A stretch of 64,000 nt of DNA from Podarcis erhardii (taxonomy: Eukaryota). The first letter of the stretch is position 1. Every line of letters begins with the position of its first letter. Below the pieces are notes generated by a model that saw only the letters and a list, made by a program, of their open reading frames with translations, ran no database searches and had not been told where the DNA came from. The stretch is taken from NCBI GenBank assembly GCA_964252035.1, contig OZ176210.1; one strand, 5' to 3'. Shown here piece by piece: positions 38,699-50,985 of the stretch. The position numbers and the translations under genes are program-made.

Positions 38699-40593
38699 TA
38701 CCTTGCAGACCTCGCCCCCGAAACATGCTCCTTTTGAAGCTGAGGACACATTGCAATGTTTTGTTGCAGATTTCTAAACCAGTTGCAATGATGCCACATT
38801 TTTTTGTAGAGGCCATTGAAACAGGTGAGCTTTGCCCACAACAATTCTAATGAGTAAGTTGATCTTATGTAGTCATAAGGTTAATCACTTCAGTGGATCT
38901 GGAGTAATTGGGAGATTCATACCTTAGTAAGTGTCCCAAACCTCTCTGGAAATGCATGCATTCTTCAGTATGCCTAGAGAGTGACTCTACTGAAGAAGAA
39001 GAAAATCCTTACAAGAAGTTGTTACCTACAATACACAGGATGACACTTTAGTCTTGCATCATATGGTAAGCCAGATTTTCAATGTACAGTTGATGATGGA
39101 CCTTTCATTTATGAGATCATTTAACCTTATTTCCCTTCTAGTTTAATAAAGGAGGCTATTCCAAATGAATTTATGGCTCTGTATTTCTGAAAATCATGCA
39201 GTAAATATTTTTTAAAGACCTCAGTTGTTTAACTTATGTGTGGCTATTAACCCCCACACAATTTTGTTCAGAAAAAAATTGTTTTCTGGCCTTAGTTGCT
39301 CCACAGCACTGTTTAGAATTGCATAATCTGTGGGTTGCCGTAAAGTTGTTACAAATTGGAGGGCTGATATAATATGAAATGAGGCACCTCGCCTGAATGT
39401 TGCTTTTGTTTCCTCTTCAACAAATTAGCATGTTGACATTTGTCACTGATGGATTTTATTATTTGCTGAAAGGGTTTTAGGGGAGTTTGACAGCATGAAT
39501 GGTTTGTCCTACAGACTTTGAGAATCGATAAAGGCATCTTTGTTCTTTGTGCAAAACACACAACAGATATCTTATTGACTGACACGCATAAAAAGGAAGG
39601 CTTGTATAGCTGTTGCACAAAATAAGCTAAGAAAATAATTTTGAAGTCATTGCTTATTCTGTGTTCTCTCTCCCTATGTGTCTTTCTTTTTGTTAACATG
39701 TATCTCATTAATCAAAATAATGAGAATTGGTGGATGCTCAGTTGGTAAATGGAAGACATCCTATTTTATACCCTGAGCAGTATGCATACGGTTTGCGGAA
39801 GCTGATAAAAGCAAAACACAAACAGCATTCAATAGTATGACTGGTTTATTATGAAAACTATCTTTACCAATGGAGATCTAAGATAGGTGTTCTAAAACTT
39901 GTAGAATGTCTAAGGCAAAGATATAACAAACTAACTGTGTGGATGTAGAGAATCTTTGTACCGTATGTTAAGATGGAGTTAGACAACATTTGAGTCATGC
40001 TGCTTTGTTGCTTGTTTCTTGCAGAAGAAAAGGGGAAGACAGTTTATTAGTTCCTGATGTCTTCATTGCTTGAAACTGTGCAGAATATTCAGTAAGACTA
40101 TGCAGATATTGCATGCAAATCAGGCAGTTTGAAGACTTCATAATTCTATTTACTTATTGAAATGTTCTGTGGCATGGAAAGTTTAACTGGATATGATGTG
40201 ATCTAGTAAAGGAAAACTATACATCTCCTTTCTTGGTAAACAGAAATTACTGCCTGGTTCTCAAGACATACTAACTGAAGTGTATAAGTTTAGGTGCTGG
40301 TAATGCTTTTCTTCATTGCCCCAACCCCAATTTTCTGCTAGAAAAACCCATTGCAAAGCAGTTGAATTTTTTTTTTTTAATTGCTTATAACACAGAAAGC
40401 AATTCTTTTTTCTTGGTTTGTGTGACTAGGCACTGAATTTTTAACAATATTTTTAAACATAACATGGGTTAGCACAAAAGGTATCCGGTAATTTAAAATT
40501 TTCCTGAATACATTTGATGTATCCCTTCAATCAGATTTCATGTCCTTTATTTCTTTTATGTCATCTTACTAGCTAGCTTGACAGAAGTAGATT

Positions 40594-40701
40594 CAGGTAG
40601 GTAGCTGTGTTGGTCTGATGTAGTCGGAAAAAAAAAAAATGTCCAGTAGCACCTTAGAGACCAACTAAGTTTGTTCTGAGTATAAGAAGTGTGCATGCAC
40701 A
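40594..40701 (-). mobile_element. Degenerate Penelope-like pseudo-LTR fragment related to 5476-5888
   Basis: Shares ggtagctgtgttggtctg, ccagtagcaccttagagaccaactaagt and aagaagtgtgcatgcaca with the 5.5-kb element; the hammerhead core is broken. Confidence 0.7.
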
Positions 40702-40961
40702 TGATTTTTTTAATTTTATTTTGACAGAAGTAGACTTCACAGTTAATAAAGGTCCACTGAATCTCCCCCCTGCCCCTTTTTAAATGGCTATTCAAAGCTA
40801 CATGATTTTCCTTCTGGCCTGAAGAAATGGCATCGTCTTCTTTTTATTCTCAACTTGGATAGATTCTCCCTCTCTGCTCCCTTAGATTTCTGCCTGATCT
40901 GTTTTAAGAGCTTTCCCAACATATATCAGTAATATTAACATCCATGTATGGTCAACCAGTA

Positions 40962-41306
40962 CAGTGGTGCCTCGCAAGACGAAAAGAATCCGTTCCGCGA
41001 TTCTCTTCGTCTAGTGGTTTTTTCGTCTTGCGAAGCAAGCCCATTGACAGCTTAGCGGATTAGCGCTATTAGCGGTCTAGCGGCTTTTAGCGATCAGCTG
41101 TTAAGCGGCTTATCAGCGGAACAGCTGATAAGCGGCTTAGGAAAGGGGGGGGAGCGGAAAAAAACCGCGGGAACTCGCAAGATTTTTTCGTCTTGCGAAG
41201 CAACCCCATAGAGAAATTTGTTTAGCGAAGCGCCTCCAAAACGGAAAACCCTTTCGTCTAGCGGGTTTCCCGTCTTGCGAGGCGTTCGTCTTGCGGGGCA
41301 CCACTG
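40962..41306 (-). mobile_element. MITE family B (345 bp)
   Basis: Same TIRs and TA flanks; same orientation as the 11116 copy. Confidence 0.9.
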
Positions 41307-42149
41307 TACTATTATTCTCAAGCAGATCCTGAGAGCTTTCCTAATGTCACCCCATCAGACTTCCATCTGATGCTCTTTACACCACACCAGCTCTCTCACA
41401 AGCTTTACACAAGCCAGATTTAAAAGTTGATTCTGCTTTATTAATTTTGGTAAAGGGACCAGTACTATCAAAATAATCGCAACAAAATAATAACAATAAT
41501 AACAAACAAAATAATAACAACTCTTAATGCAGCCATGGTATGTTTCCATTGTTTATCTACCTCCCCTCTTGGGGAAAGGGGTTGGCCATAATTTAAGAGG
41601 TTAGCCCTCATGAAAGTCAGTCCAGAGCTTCCAGCAATAGCTATGATGGAAAGCTGCAAAGCACAAAATCCATCTGGAGACAAATAATAACATTCATCAG
41701 TGACAAATGTGACAAATGTCAGACTGAAACAAAAAACCCTGTTAGGGATTATTTATCATGTTTATCAATTTAGTAAAAGTACTTGGAGGCTTACAAGGAC
41801 AATGTACATTTTGATCAAAAGGCTTTAGATTGGGTTGTTGTATGTTTGTAGTTATACCATAAATAGGAGCAATGGCAAAGATACTCCCCTTCCCTTAATC
41901 AAAAGACAGGGCTTCTATTCACCTTTAGAACAGGATCAGAGAAGTGGCAGATGTCCTTTCTGGTTAATTACTTCAGTGTCTTTTACCATATTAAACTGAA
42001 ACAACCCATTTAAGTTGTGTAAGCCTCCTATGCAATAAAGGGCAGTAGTTCGGTGGTAGGGCAAACACTTTAAATGCAGTTGGTCCCAGGTGGGGCTGTG
42101 AAATACTCCTCCTGAAATCTTGAAGTGAAATGACTTACTGCAGTCATTA

Positions 42150-42395
42150 CTTTCTCTCTCTCTCTCTTAAATTTATATTTTATTAAGGATTTTCTTGTTT
42201 TACAGAAGTAAGTGTAATGCCTCGTATTTTTTCCATGTAACATTTTTACAAATCCGTTTCATTTGTTGAGACATTAGGGGGAAAAGAAAAGAAAAAAAAA
42301 GAAAAAAGGGGGGGAGGGAGGGAAGATGGGTGGGGGTGGGGTCAGGTGGCGATGTTTCTATTATGCTTAATATATGTAGAGTTTGGTGGATTAAT
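42150..42395 (-). mobile_element. L1-like 3'UTR fragment
   Basis: Reverse strand reads as a pyrimidine-rich 3'UTR ending in AATAAA; G-tracts on the + strand. Confidence 0.5.
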
Positions 42396-43236
42396 GGGCT
42401 GACACTATATAAAGTAGGCTCCTAAGTGATGCAGCAGCAGTCCTTGTGAATTGAACCCATGAAAAGACATATTAATTGTATGAACTAAGAAGCCCCAGTG
42501 CACTTTGGTATTAAATTAACTGGTTGCTACTGTAATTCCCAGTGCCACCATAGAAATACAGGGAAGAGTAAAACTCTTTTTGGTAACCACAGAGTGGTTG
42601 GAAGGTCATTTCAGATTCCTGTGTAACTGGGAGAATGCCTAAGGGCATTGACTCTGTCCTCTACCCCTCTGTAGTATGAACAAGGTTTCCTCGTGAAACT
42701 GCTGGAGTAAACTACTCCCCAGGTGACCTTGTCTACATGATACTACATATATCAAATAATTCAGATCCTAGGCATAACAATGTGAAGGAAGTAGATTAAT
42801 TCTAATGCACTTCTATCCACAGCGAGCCTCTACGTAGTCAGTAACTTATACTTTAAGCTTGGCCAGGCAATGTAGTGTGTAACCAGGAATGTGTGTGCGC
42901 CTCTAAATACCAGTTGCTGGGAATCACAAGTGGAGAGGGTGCTGCTACAGTCAGAACCATTTTGTGGGCTTCCTGTAGGCATCTGGCTGAGCTCTGTGAG
43001 AACAGGATCCTGGACTAGATGGGCCTTTGGCCTGATCCAGCAGGGCTTTTCTTATGTTATTGTATGAGTTTGATGGGAAGAGGCAAGTAATGTACCTGGA
43101 GCAACCTCTGACCCTGTTCAACACCAGGAAATCAGCCATAGTAGGAATGCATAGTGCATACTGCTCTTTGTTAGCCTTTTTTTGCTGGTAGAAAACTAGG
43201 GCAGGCTGCACAGCATTGCCTGTGTAGACTGAATAT

Positions 43237-43312
43237 CAGATGTGCTGAAATAAATAGATAAGTGATAAGCTGGTCCTGAAGCTGACAAGCGATAAGAGGA
43301 AAATGGTTATCT
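43237..43312. promoter_or_regulatory. Candidate GATA/E-box/ETS enhancer cluster
   Basis: CAGATG, CTG-N9-GATA (43245-43260), four GATA cores and AGGAA within 76 bp of apparently non-repetitive DNA. Confidence 0.35.
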
Positions 43313-44254
43313 GTATTCTCAAGGGAGGGAATTGTAATGTGCAGAATCCGTAGAGACTGCTTTCAAAACAAAAATAGGTTTGTCTGTAGTCTCTTGCCGA
43401 CTGGAATCGAAGTCCGGACTTAAAAGGCTTAGAGCTAAAATTTCAAAGACATCTGTGGGCTTTACCCACATGACTTCCTTTAACTTTGAAGTGAGTCATA
43501 TGCCTAAAATCACGGTTTTGTGAATTTACTTTTTAATTCAGTACACTGAATTACTCTTCATTGTTTGGGAAAAAAGTTCCCTGTTGCTATCTAAATGTAG
43601 TGTATTAAATAAATGGGTTAGCTGGACATTTCAGCAATGTATTCACAGTTACAAAATGTTCTCATACAGAGTCTTTCCCATATTATTTCACTGTATGCTT
43701 ATGGGTGAAGTAGAGATTCTAGACCACATTGGTAACTGTGAATAAATAGAAAGGTTTGCTGTGGCACAGAGTACATTGGTGTTGCTTTGCTCATATAACA
43801 TTAAGTTTACAGTTCTCAATCATTTGAGTTCAGTGGGCTTCTTGGGGAGGAAGAACGGGATGTGAATTCAATCGATTAATCAGTACATACATACATACAT
43901 ACATACTCCTAGGTATATATAGGATTACAACCTAATTCACCCATATTGAATCCAACTTGTTTTGAAGGAAGGCAAACTTGAAAAAGACCAAATGTGCCAT
44001 AAAATGTATTTAGGTTCATTTGTGTATTATCATGGAGCTTTCAGAGTGTTTTCAGAGCATCTAATGAAGGTCAAGAAGAAAGGCTGGGAGTCCACAGTGA
44101 GGTTTTGTTTGTGTTTGTTTGTCTATTATATTTCCAGACTACTCTTTATCCAAAAGATCACAGAGTGGTTTATACGGTAATAGCCATATGGAAATAACAA
44201 TAAAAGAGTCATAAGATAATTAACTTAATTAATACAATCAGCTACTTAAAAATT

Positions 44255-45184
44255 GATTTTCTAGATCTGTTTCAATTGGGGTTTAGGCCTGGTTTTGGCA
44301 CAGAAACTGCTTTGGTCACCCTGTACAATGTCATTTGTTGGGAAAGAGAAAGGGGAAATGTGTCCCTGTTAATTTTCCTTGACCTCTCAGCAGCTTTTGA
44401 TGCCATTGAACATGGTATCCTTCTGGACTGCCTTAGTGGGTGGGTAGCAGTGCTGTGTGGTGGTTCTAGTCCTACTTGGGTGGTTGTTCCTGGAGGATAT
44501 TGCTTGGGGAGTGTTTTTCAACCCTGTGAAGCCTTCAATGTCAGGTTCCGCAGGGTATGATTCTATCCCCTATGCAGTTTAACATCTACATGAAACTGCT
44601 GGGTGGGATTATCCAGAGGTTTGGAGTATGTTGTCAGCAATATGCTGACGACATAGCTCTTTACATCTGCAGGTGAGGCAGTGGATGTGCAGGACCGTTG
44701 TCTTGCCTTGATAATGGACGAGATGAGAGCCAACAAACTGAAGCTTAATTCAGATAAGTCTGAAGCACTATTAGTGCATGGTTCCTTAGACCAGATGGCT
44801 GGGAGGTTGCCTGCTCTTGATGGGGTTACACTCCCTCTGAAGGGAGTACATAGCTTGGGGGGTATTCCTGGATCCTCTGCTGTAGCTTGAGGCTCAGGTG
44901 GCCTCAGTGGCGTGAAGTGCTTTCCATCAGCTTGGGCTGGTGGCTTTATCTGGACAGGGCTTTATCTGGACAGGGCTTTATCTGGACAGGGATAACCTAG
45001 CTACTGTTGTCTATGCTCAGGTAACCTCTAGGTTAGATTACTGCATGGTGCTATACGTTGGCTTGTCTCTGATGACGGTGAAAGAGCAGATTATTGGTTT
45101 GCTTTTGTTTTTATTATGTATTCTGTGTTTTTTATATTGTGATTCTATGTTGTGAACCACCCTGAGATCTACAGGTATAGGACG

Positions 45185-45228
<44 letters not shown>
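44255..45228 (+). mobile_element. L2-clade LINE, 5'-truncated, RT domain to (TAA)n tail
   Basis: GFRPGFGTETALV...LIFLDLSAAFD, tatgctgacgac (YADD), MRANKLKLNSDKSE; frameshifted and internally deleted; (TAA)n at 45189-45225. Confidence 0.88.
45189..45225 (+). repeat. (TAA)n microsatellite, L2 tail
   Basis: Seen directly; a similar tract is at 49886-49910. Confidence 0.9.
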
Positions 45229-45229
<1 letters not shown>

Positions 45230-45340
45230 AATTACAACTGTGCAGCAAAAAGAGCATTTCTGTTCGCCTGGTCTCATCAAACAAGTAAGATCAATATCCT
45301 CCCAAAGGTTATGGGGCCATGTTAATGTACCATTAATTTA

Positions 45341-45618
45341 CAGTGGTGCCCCGCAAGACAAATGCCTCGCAAGACAAAAAAACCCACTAGACGAAAGGGT
45401 TTTCCGTTTTTCGAGGTGCTTCGCAAGACGAATTTCCCTATGGACTTGCTTCACAAGACGAAAACGTCTTGCGAGTCTTGCGAGTTTTTCCCCTTCCCCC
45501 CTTTTTCTAAGCCGCTAATAGCCGCTAAGCCGCTAATAGGAATGCTTCGCAAGACGAAAAAACCGCTAGACGAAAAGACTGGCGGAACGGATTATTTTTG
45601 TCTTGCGAGGCACCACTG
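45341..45618 (+). mobile_element. MITE family B (278 bp)
   Basis: Same TIRs and TA flanks. Confidence 0.9.
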
Positions 45619-46791
45619 TAAGTGTAACAGTGAAGCAGAGGTTTAAATAATGTTACATTGAAATCAGCAGAACAGACAAATGTTTAACTTTTATCCAATA
45701 TGTACATGTCTATCTGTAGGATAGTTCCAGATTAAAACCACTCTTCCCAGCTAGTATTTGTTTTGCAAACAGTAATTAATTTGCTATGGCACAGTCAATT
45801 GCAAATCCATTTTGGGGTAGAAAACTACAATAATGAAGTTGTTCCATGAACATGGCCAATTCCTGTAGCAAAACAGTTTTGACCCTGCAACAGATCAATG
45901 ATTTTTTGCATATGCAAGTTCCATTTACACAGAATGTGATCTGAATCTACTATTACACAGTGTTAAAACTCTTCCTACCTCACCAACCTTCATGATAGCA
46001 GCTTTTTCTCATTTGCTCCTGGGGATGTGCTTCCTTTGAGGGGTCACTACATTCAGTGCTCCAGAACTATGTTGACTCTTATGCATATAATGCAGAAAAC
46101 ATTACCTTCTGGTACTCTAAAAAGACTAAATAATATGAGCCTTGTGCTTTGTATATGCCAATTGATAGCTATCTAATTTATAAAGGGATGTCTTTATTTC
46201 ATTAATAATATGTAACTTGTTTGGATTCAGTCACTTTTAATTGATAAAAATGTATTTGTTTGCACAGAGTCATTTTCGTTGTGTGACAAGTATGATTACC
46301 TCAGTGTGTTAAAATTCACTGTTGTGAATTTTATCCCTAATCATACCTGTTTTGGTTTTAAGAACATGAATCAAGTATGTTAGGAAAACCTTTTGTCCTT
46401 GTGTGCAGTCTCTCTGTTTTTTTTGTTTTTTACCAAAGAGCTTCATTAAACTTTAAGCAAATACACTAAATTAAGCTAACGTGTCTATGATGTTTTTGTT
46501 GATTAAGTAGTACATGAGAATGATCTAATGTTTCCCCCCCTGTGGCTAATTTTCAAATTGGCACCTGTTACTCTCATTAGTCTTGAAGCCGAGCTGTATA
46601 GACTTGCTGACAGAGAGCTGAGTCTCATGCTGGTTAAACCATGGTTTGGATTTCAGTTGCTCTTTAAGAGTTTGTTAAGGAAATCTAAGAAGTTGCATCT
46701 TTAGATCTTCAATAAATAAGAAAGATTTGAGCTTGGTGGAAGAAAGTATATCTGTGCATTTACATTTGTGGTGGTGGTAGGAGTGGTTCCT

Positions 46792-47902
46792 CAAACTCAT
46801 GCTGGTAGCTTCAAGAACACCATCCAACCATCTCATCCTCTGTCGTCCCCTTCTCCTTGTGCCCTCCATCTTTCCCAGCATCAGGGTCTTTTCCAGGGAG
46901 TCTTCTCTTCTCATGAGGTAGCCAAAGTATTGGAGCCTCAGCTTCACGATCTGTCCTTCCAGTGAGCACTCAGGGCTGATTTCCTTAAGAATGGAGAATT
47001 CTGATCTTCTTGCAGTCCATGGGACTCTCAAGAGTCTCCTCCAGCACCATAATTCAAAAGCATCAATTCTTCGGCAATCAGCCTTCTTTATGGTCCAGCT
47101 CTCACTTCCATACATCACTACTGGGAAAACCATAGCTTTTACTATACGGACCTTTGTTGGCAAGGTGATGTCTCTACTTTTTAAGATGCTGTCTAGGTTT
47201 GTCATTGCTTTTCTCCCAAGAAGCAGGCATCTTTTAATTTCGTGACTGCTGTCACCATCTGCAGTGATCATGGAGCCCAAGAAAGAAAAATCTCTTACTG
47301 CCTCCATTTCTTCCCCTTCTATTTGCCAGGAGGTGATGGGACCAGTGGCAATGATCTTCGTTTTTTTGATGTTGAGCTTCAGACCATATTTTGCGCTCTC
47401 CTCTTTCACCCTCAATAAAAGGTTCTTTAATTCCTCCTCACTTTCTGCCATCAAGGTTGTGTCATCTGCATATCTGAGGTTGATGATATTTCTTCCGGCA
47501 ATCTTAATTCCGGCTTGGGATTCACCCAGCCCAGCCTTTCGCATGATGAATTCTGCATATAAGTTAAATAAGCAGGGAGACAATATACAGCCTCGTCGTA
47601 CTCCTTTCCCAATTTTGAACCAATCAGTTGTTCCATATCCAGTTCTAACTGTAGCTTCTTGTCCCACATAGAGATTTCTCAAGAGACAGATGAGGTGATC
47701 AGGCACTCCCATTTCTTTAAGAACTTGCCATAGTTTGCTGTGGTCGACACAGTCAAAGGCTTTTGCATAGTCAATGAAGCAGAAGTAGATGTAGAAGCAT
47801 GAGTTTGATCAAACTGCGGGAGGCAGTGGAGGACAGAGGTGCCTGGCGTGCTCTGGTCCATGGGGTCACGAAGAGTCGGACACGACTAAACAACAACAAC
47901 AA
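46792..47902. mobile_element. RTE-BovB LINE, 5'-truncated and 5'-inverted
   Basis: 13-bp TSD aggagtggttcct at 46779-46791 and 47903-47915. Minus-strand RT segment 46792-47791 (YAKAFD...GVRRGCILSP...LRYADD...VMYGSESW). Plus-strand 3' end 47792-47902 with a (CAA)n tail. Confidence 0.95.
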
Positions 47903-48989
47903 AGGAGTGGTTCCTGTGTATTCTATGAAATGGTTTGGTCTTGTGGATCAAAATTAATACATATGATGGACTTGGAGGATTCTCATCTCATTTTATATCT
48001 TAGCTAAAAAAAGAGAATCACACTGAGAGTCAGTTCTCAGGTTCTCTTGTAATATATTCTGTTGGGTGAGATTTCATTAGATTGCCTTTTCAACTGAATG
48101 ATGTGAAAAATAAACATTAGATTTGATCACTATAATGCCCCTTTTATTGAAAAATGTACCCAAGAGTGCACATGTAGAAAACAAGCTATTAATTTGTTTT
48201 CTATAGGGGTATTGGGAGCCACTCCAACTTTCTGGGAGGGATTGCTAATTTTTTGTTAACTGGGTGCGGTTTTCAGTCCTTTTTACCCCACCCATGAACC
48301 TGTTCTAGCCTGCTTTTGAAGTTGCCTGCAACTTGGGTTCATGCTGTGTTATAAATTGAAAGCATAGCACCCTGAGGCTCTCCATAATATAGGAAGACTT
48401 GGTCAAATTGTAATCTTTCTTTCTTTTGACTTCAACCAGAGAAACAAGTTAATTTTCCCTAACTGTTACTCATTATATTCACAACTTCATTGTTAAAAGC
48501 AAGTTTCAGTTTGATGCATAAAAGAACTTTGGGAGAGGACAGCTCCAAAAACCATCAAGAAAACACATTTATCAAGTCACATTTGCTTGGTGAATCTGCC
48601 TAACTGCAGCAAAATACAAGAAGTTTCAATGGTATTCTCCCATGAAAACCTGGCAATTCCACAGTGTGAATGAGTGTCAGTGAAAACACTTAAAGAGCAC
48701 TGCTGGGATTTGAGATTATATAAATTAGGTTGAGATAATTCAGTTACATAATTTTAATCCACTAAAGATATTGTGTCTGACACAAAATTAGGTGTATGGT
48801 AGTCTGCCCAAGCACAACCACACTACCAGTGTTGTGGAAGAAGTCTGGAATTGGTTAATGTTACAACAAGAAGCATCAACTGAGTAAACTACATCAGTCC
48901 ACCGCTATAAGGCTATATAAATCAAAATCCCAGCACCACCCTGTGGAGAAGTTTCACAAGTGTCTTGGCTACTGCTTTTTTGCCATGTG

Positions 48990-49669
48990 CGAGGCCTTAG
49001 CTTCATATAACTTGCTTACCAAATGCCAGGCAAGTCAAACCTGGAGGCCGATCTGCTCTGCTTCACTGAGACCTGGGTGGATGCGCAGGGTGAAGTTGGT
49101 CTCACCTAGCTGTGCCAACCTGGGTGCAACATCAGGGCAGACTTGAGGGTCAGGGAGGGGGAGTTGCTGTAGTCTATAGAGATTCCATCTGTCTCAACAG
49201 GCTATCTGTCCAGTTGAGGCGGGGGGATCTAGAGTTTGTGTTCCTGGCACTGAGCAACTGGGACAGATTAGGGATTCTGCTTCTTTACCACCCACCTTGT
49301 TGTGCAGCAGTCACGGTGCCTGAGCTGGTTTTGGTGTTGAAAATCCCAGACTGCTGGTGGTGGGGGAACTTCAACATCCATGCCAAGGAAACTGGTTCTT
49401 GGGTGGTTCAGGACTTCATTTCTGCCATGACACACTGGACCTTGTTTTCTCAACTAGGCAGTAAGTGGGGGATTTGAAAGTGAGGGGTAGTGAAATCAGT
49501 CCCTTATCATGGCCAGATTCCTTTCGGCAGATTAACATTAACTTTTAAATGTGTTTGCGGAGGGGGTTATTGATTTGCTTTGGTTTTTAATTTATTATGT
49601 ATTTTGTGTTCTCATTTTGTATTTTTATGTTGTGAACCACCCTGTGATCTTCAGATGAAGGGTGGTATA
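48990..49669 (+). mobile_element. L2-clade LINE relic (endonuclease region joined to 3' tail)
   Basis: ctgagacctgg (ETW), GVAVVYR and GNFNIHA endonuclease motifs; tail tgtgaaccaccctgtgatcttcagatgaagggtggtata. Confidence 0.7.
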
Positions 49670-49885
49670 CAGTGGTACCTCGGGTTACAGACGCTTCAGG
49701 TTACAGACGCTTTAGGTTACAGGCTCCGCTAACCCAGAAATAGTACCTCAGGTTAAGAACTTTGCTTCAGGATAAGAACAGAAATTGCACGACCATTAGC
49801 TAAAGTGGTACCTCAGGTTAAGAACAGTTTCAGGTTAAGAACGGACCTCCGGAACGAATTAAGTTCTTAACCCAAGGTACGACTG
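49670..49885 (+). mobile_element. MITE family A inserted in an L2 3' tail
   Basis: TIRs and TA flanks; sits between gaagggtggtata and a (TAA)n tail. Confidence 0.9.
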
Positions 49886-50796
49886 TAATAATAATAATAA
49901 TAATAATAATAGCAGCAGCAGCAGCATTGAATACTAGGGAATCTGTCTGCTGTTCTTATGGTGTTCTGCGTTGCCCACACTGATGTGTTGTGGGTATTTG
50001 TAGGGAAATTGTTATGGTGCCCAAGATCTGTGGCCAGGGAAACCATACTTATGATGTGAATATTTTTGTGAAGTGCTAAACACGTGCACTGTTCTCTCCA
50101 CGCAAATGGCAAGCTTTGAAAATCAATTCAGCGTTCATGTGGTATACAGAAAATCCAACACATGTGGATCTCATCTTAGGTTGGGGGTGGGGAATCACCT
50201 TGTGACAGAATGGTAGCTGCAGGACAACCACAATTCCCCTGGTTGGAGGAGGGGTTGGCACATGACACAGTCCCTAACTGCCCCTTTCTCAGCCTGCCCC
50301 ACCCCACTTCCCACTCCTTCACCAGAGCTACTGTGATTGGCACCAGCCCTGCTCTCCCCAGCTCCTCTCTTCCCAGACAGATCTTATGTCCTTTGAGAAA
50401 CAAAAAGAACCCCAAATTTAAAAGCACACAAGTTAAAAATCTGTTACAATTAATTCAAAACATTTTAAACAATTAGGGCAATAATAACAGCAAATAACTC
50501 CCCCCCAAAACAACCCTACCCTAAACTATGCCCCAACCCAAGAGTCAGTTGAGCAGCCTCAGCAGACCCACCTTTCCAGGCTAGGTGGAAAAGGCCAACA
50601 AGGCAGTGAACAGGCGTTCCAGGGCTCATAGCCAATATTGTCTCTGGCCTCTTCAAAAACCTCAGCTTTTTGTAGCTGGAGTCAGTCAGGGCCCTCCCCT
50701 CCCAGGCCAGGTAGAAAAGGTCTGCAAAGCGCAATAGAGTAAACATACACTGTATCTATAATCAGTGTCAAAAAGTAAATAAAAAAAGTGGCATCC

Positions 50797-50985
50797 GCCC
50801 TGTGGAATGCTCTCCCATCAGATGTCAAGGAAATAAACAACTATCTGACTTTTAGAAGACATCTGAAGGCAGCCCTGTTTAGGGAAGTTTTTAATGTTTG
50901 ATTCTATTTTTTATATTCTGTTGGGAGCCTCCCAGAGTGGCTGGGAAAACCCAGCCAGATGGACAGGGTATAAATAAATTACTAC
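50797..50985 (+). mobile_element. L2 3' end fragment
   Basis: ctgtggaatgctctccc...agacatctgaaggcagccctgttt...gggagcctcccagagtggctggg...gggtataaataaat; the same tail occurs at about 26900-27005. Confidence 0.7.

Noticed and set aside
39349-39708. 119-aa antisense ORF
   Set aside because: No domain-like features or splice context; a length expected by chance.
46675-46791. C-terminal extension of the BovB ORF (RNHSYHHH...LLRFP)
   Set aside because: The frame runs past the inversion breakpoint into the TSD and host DNA.
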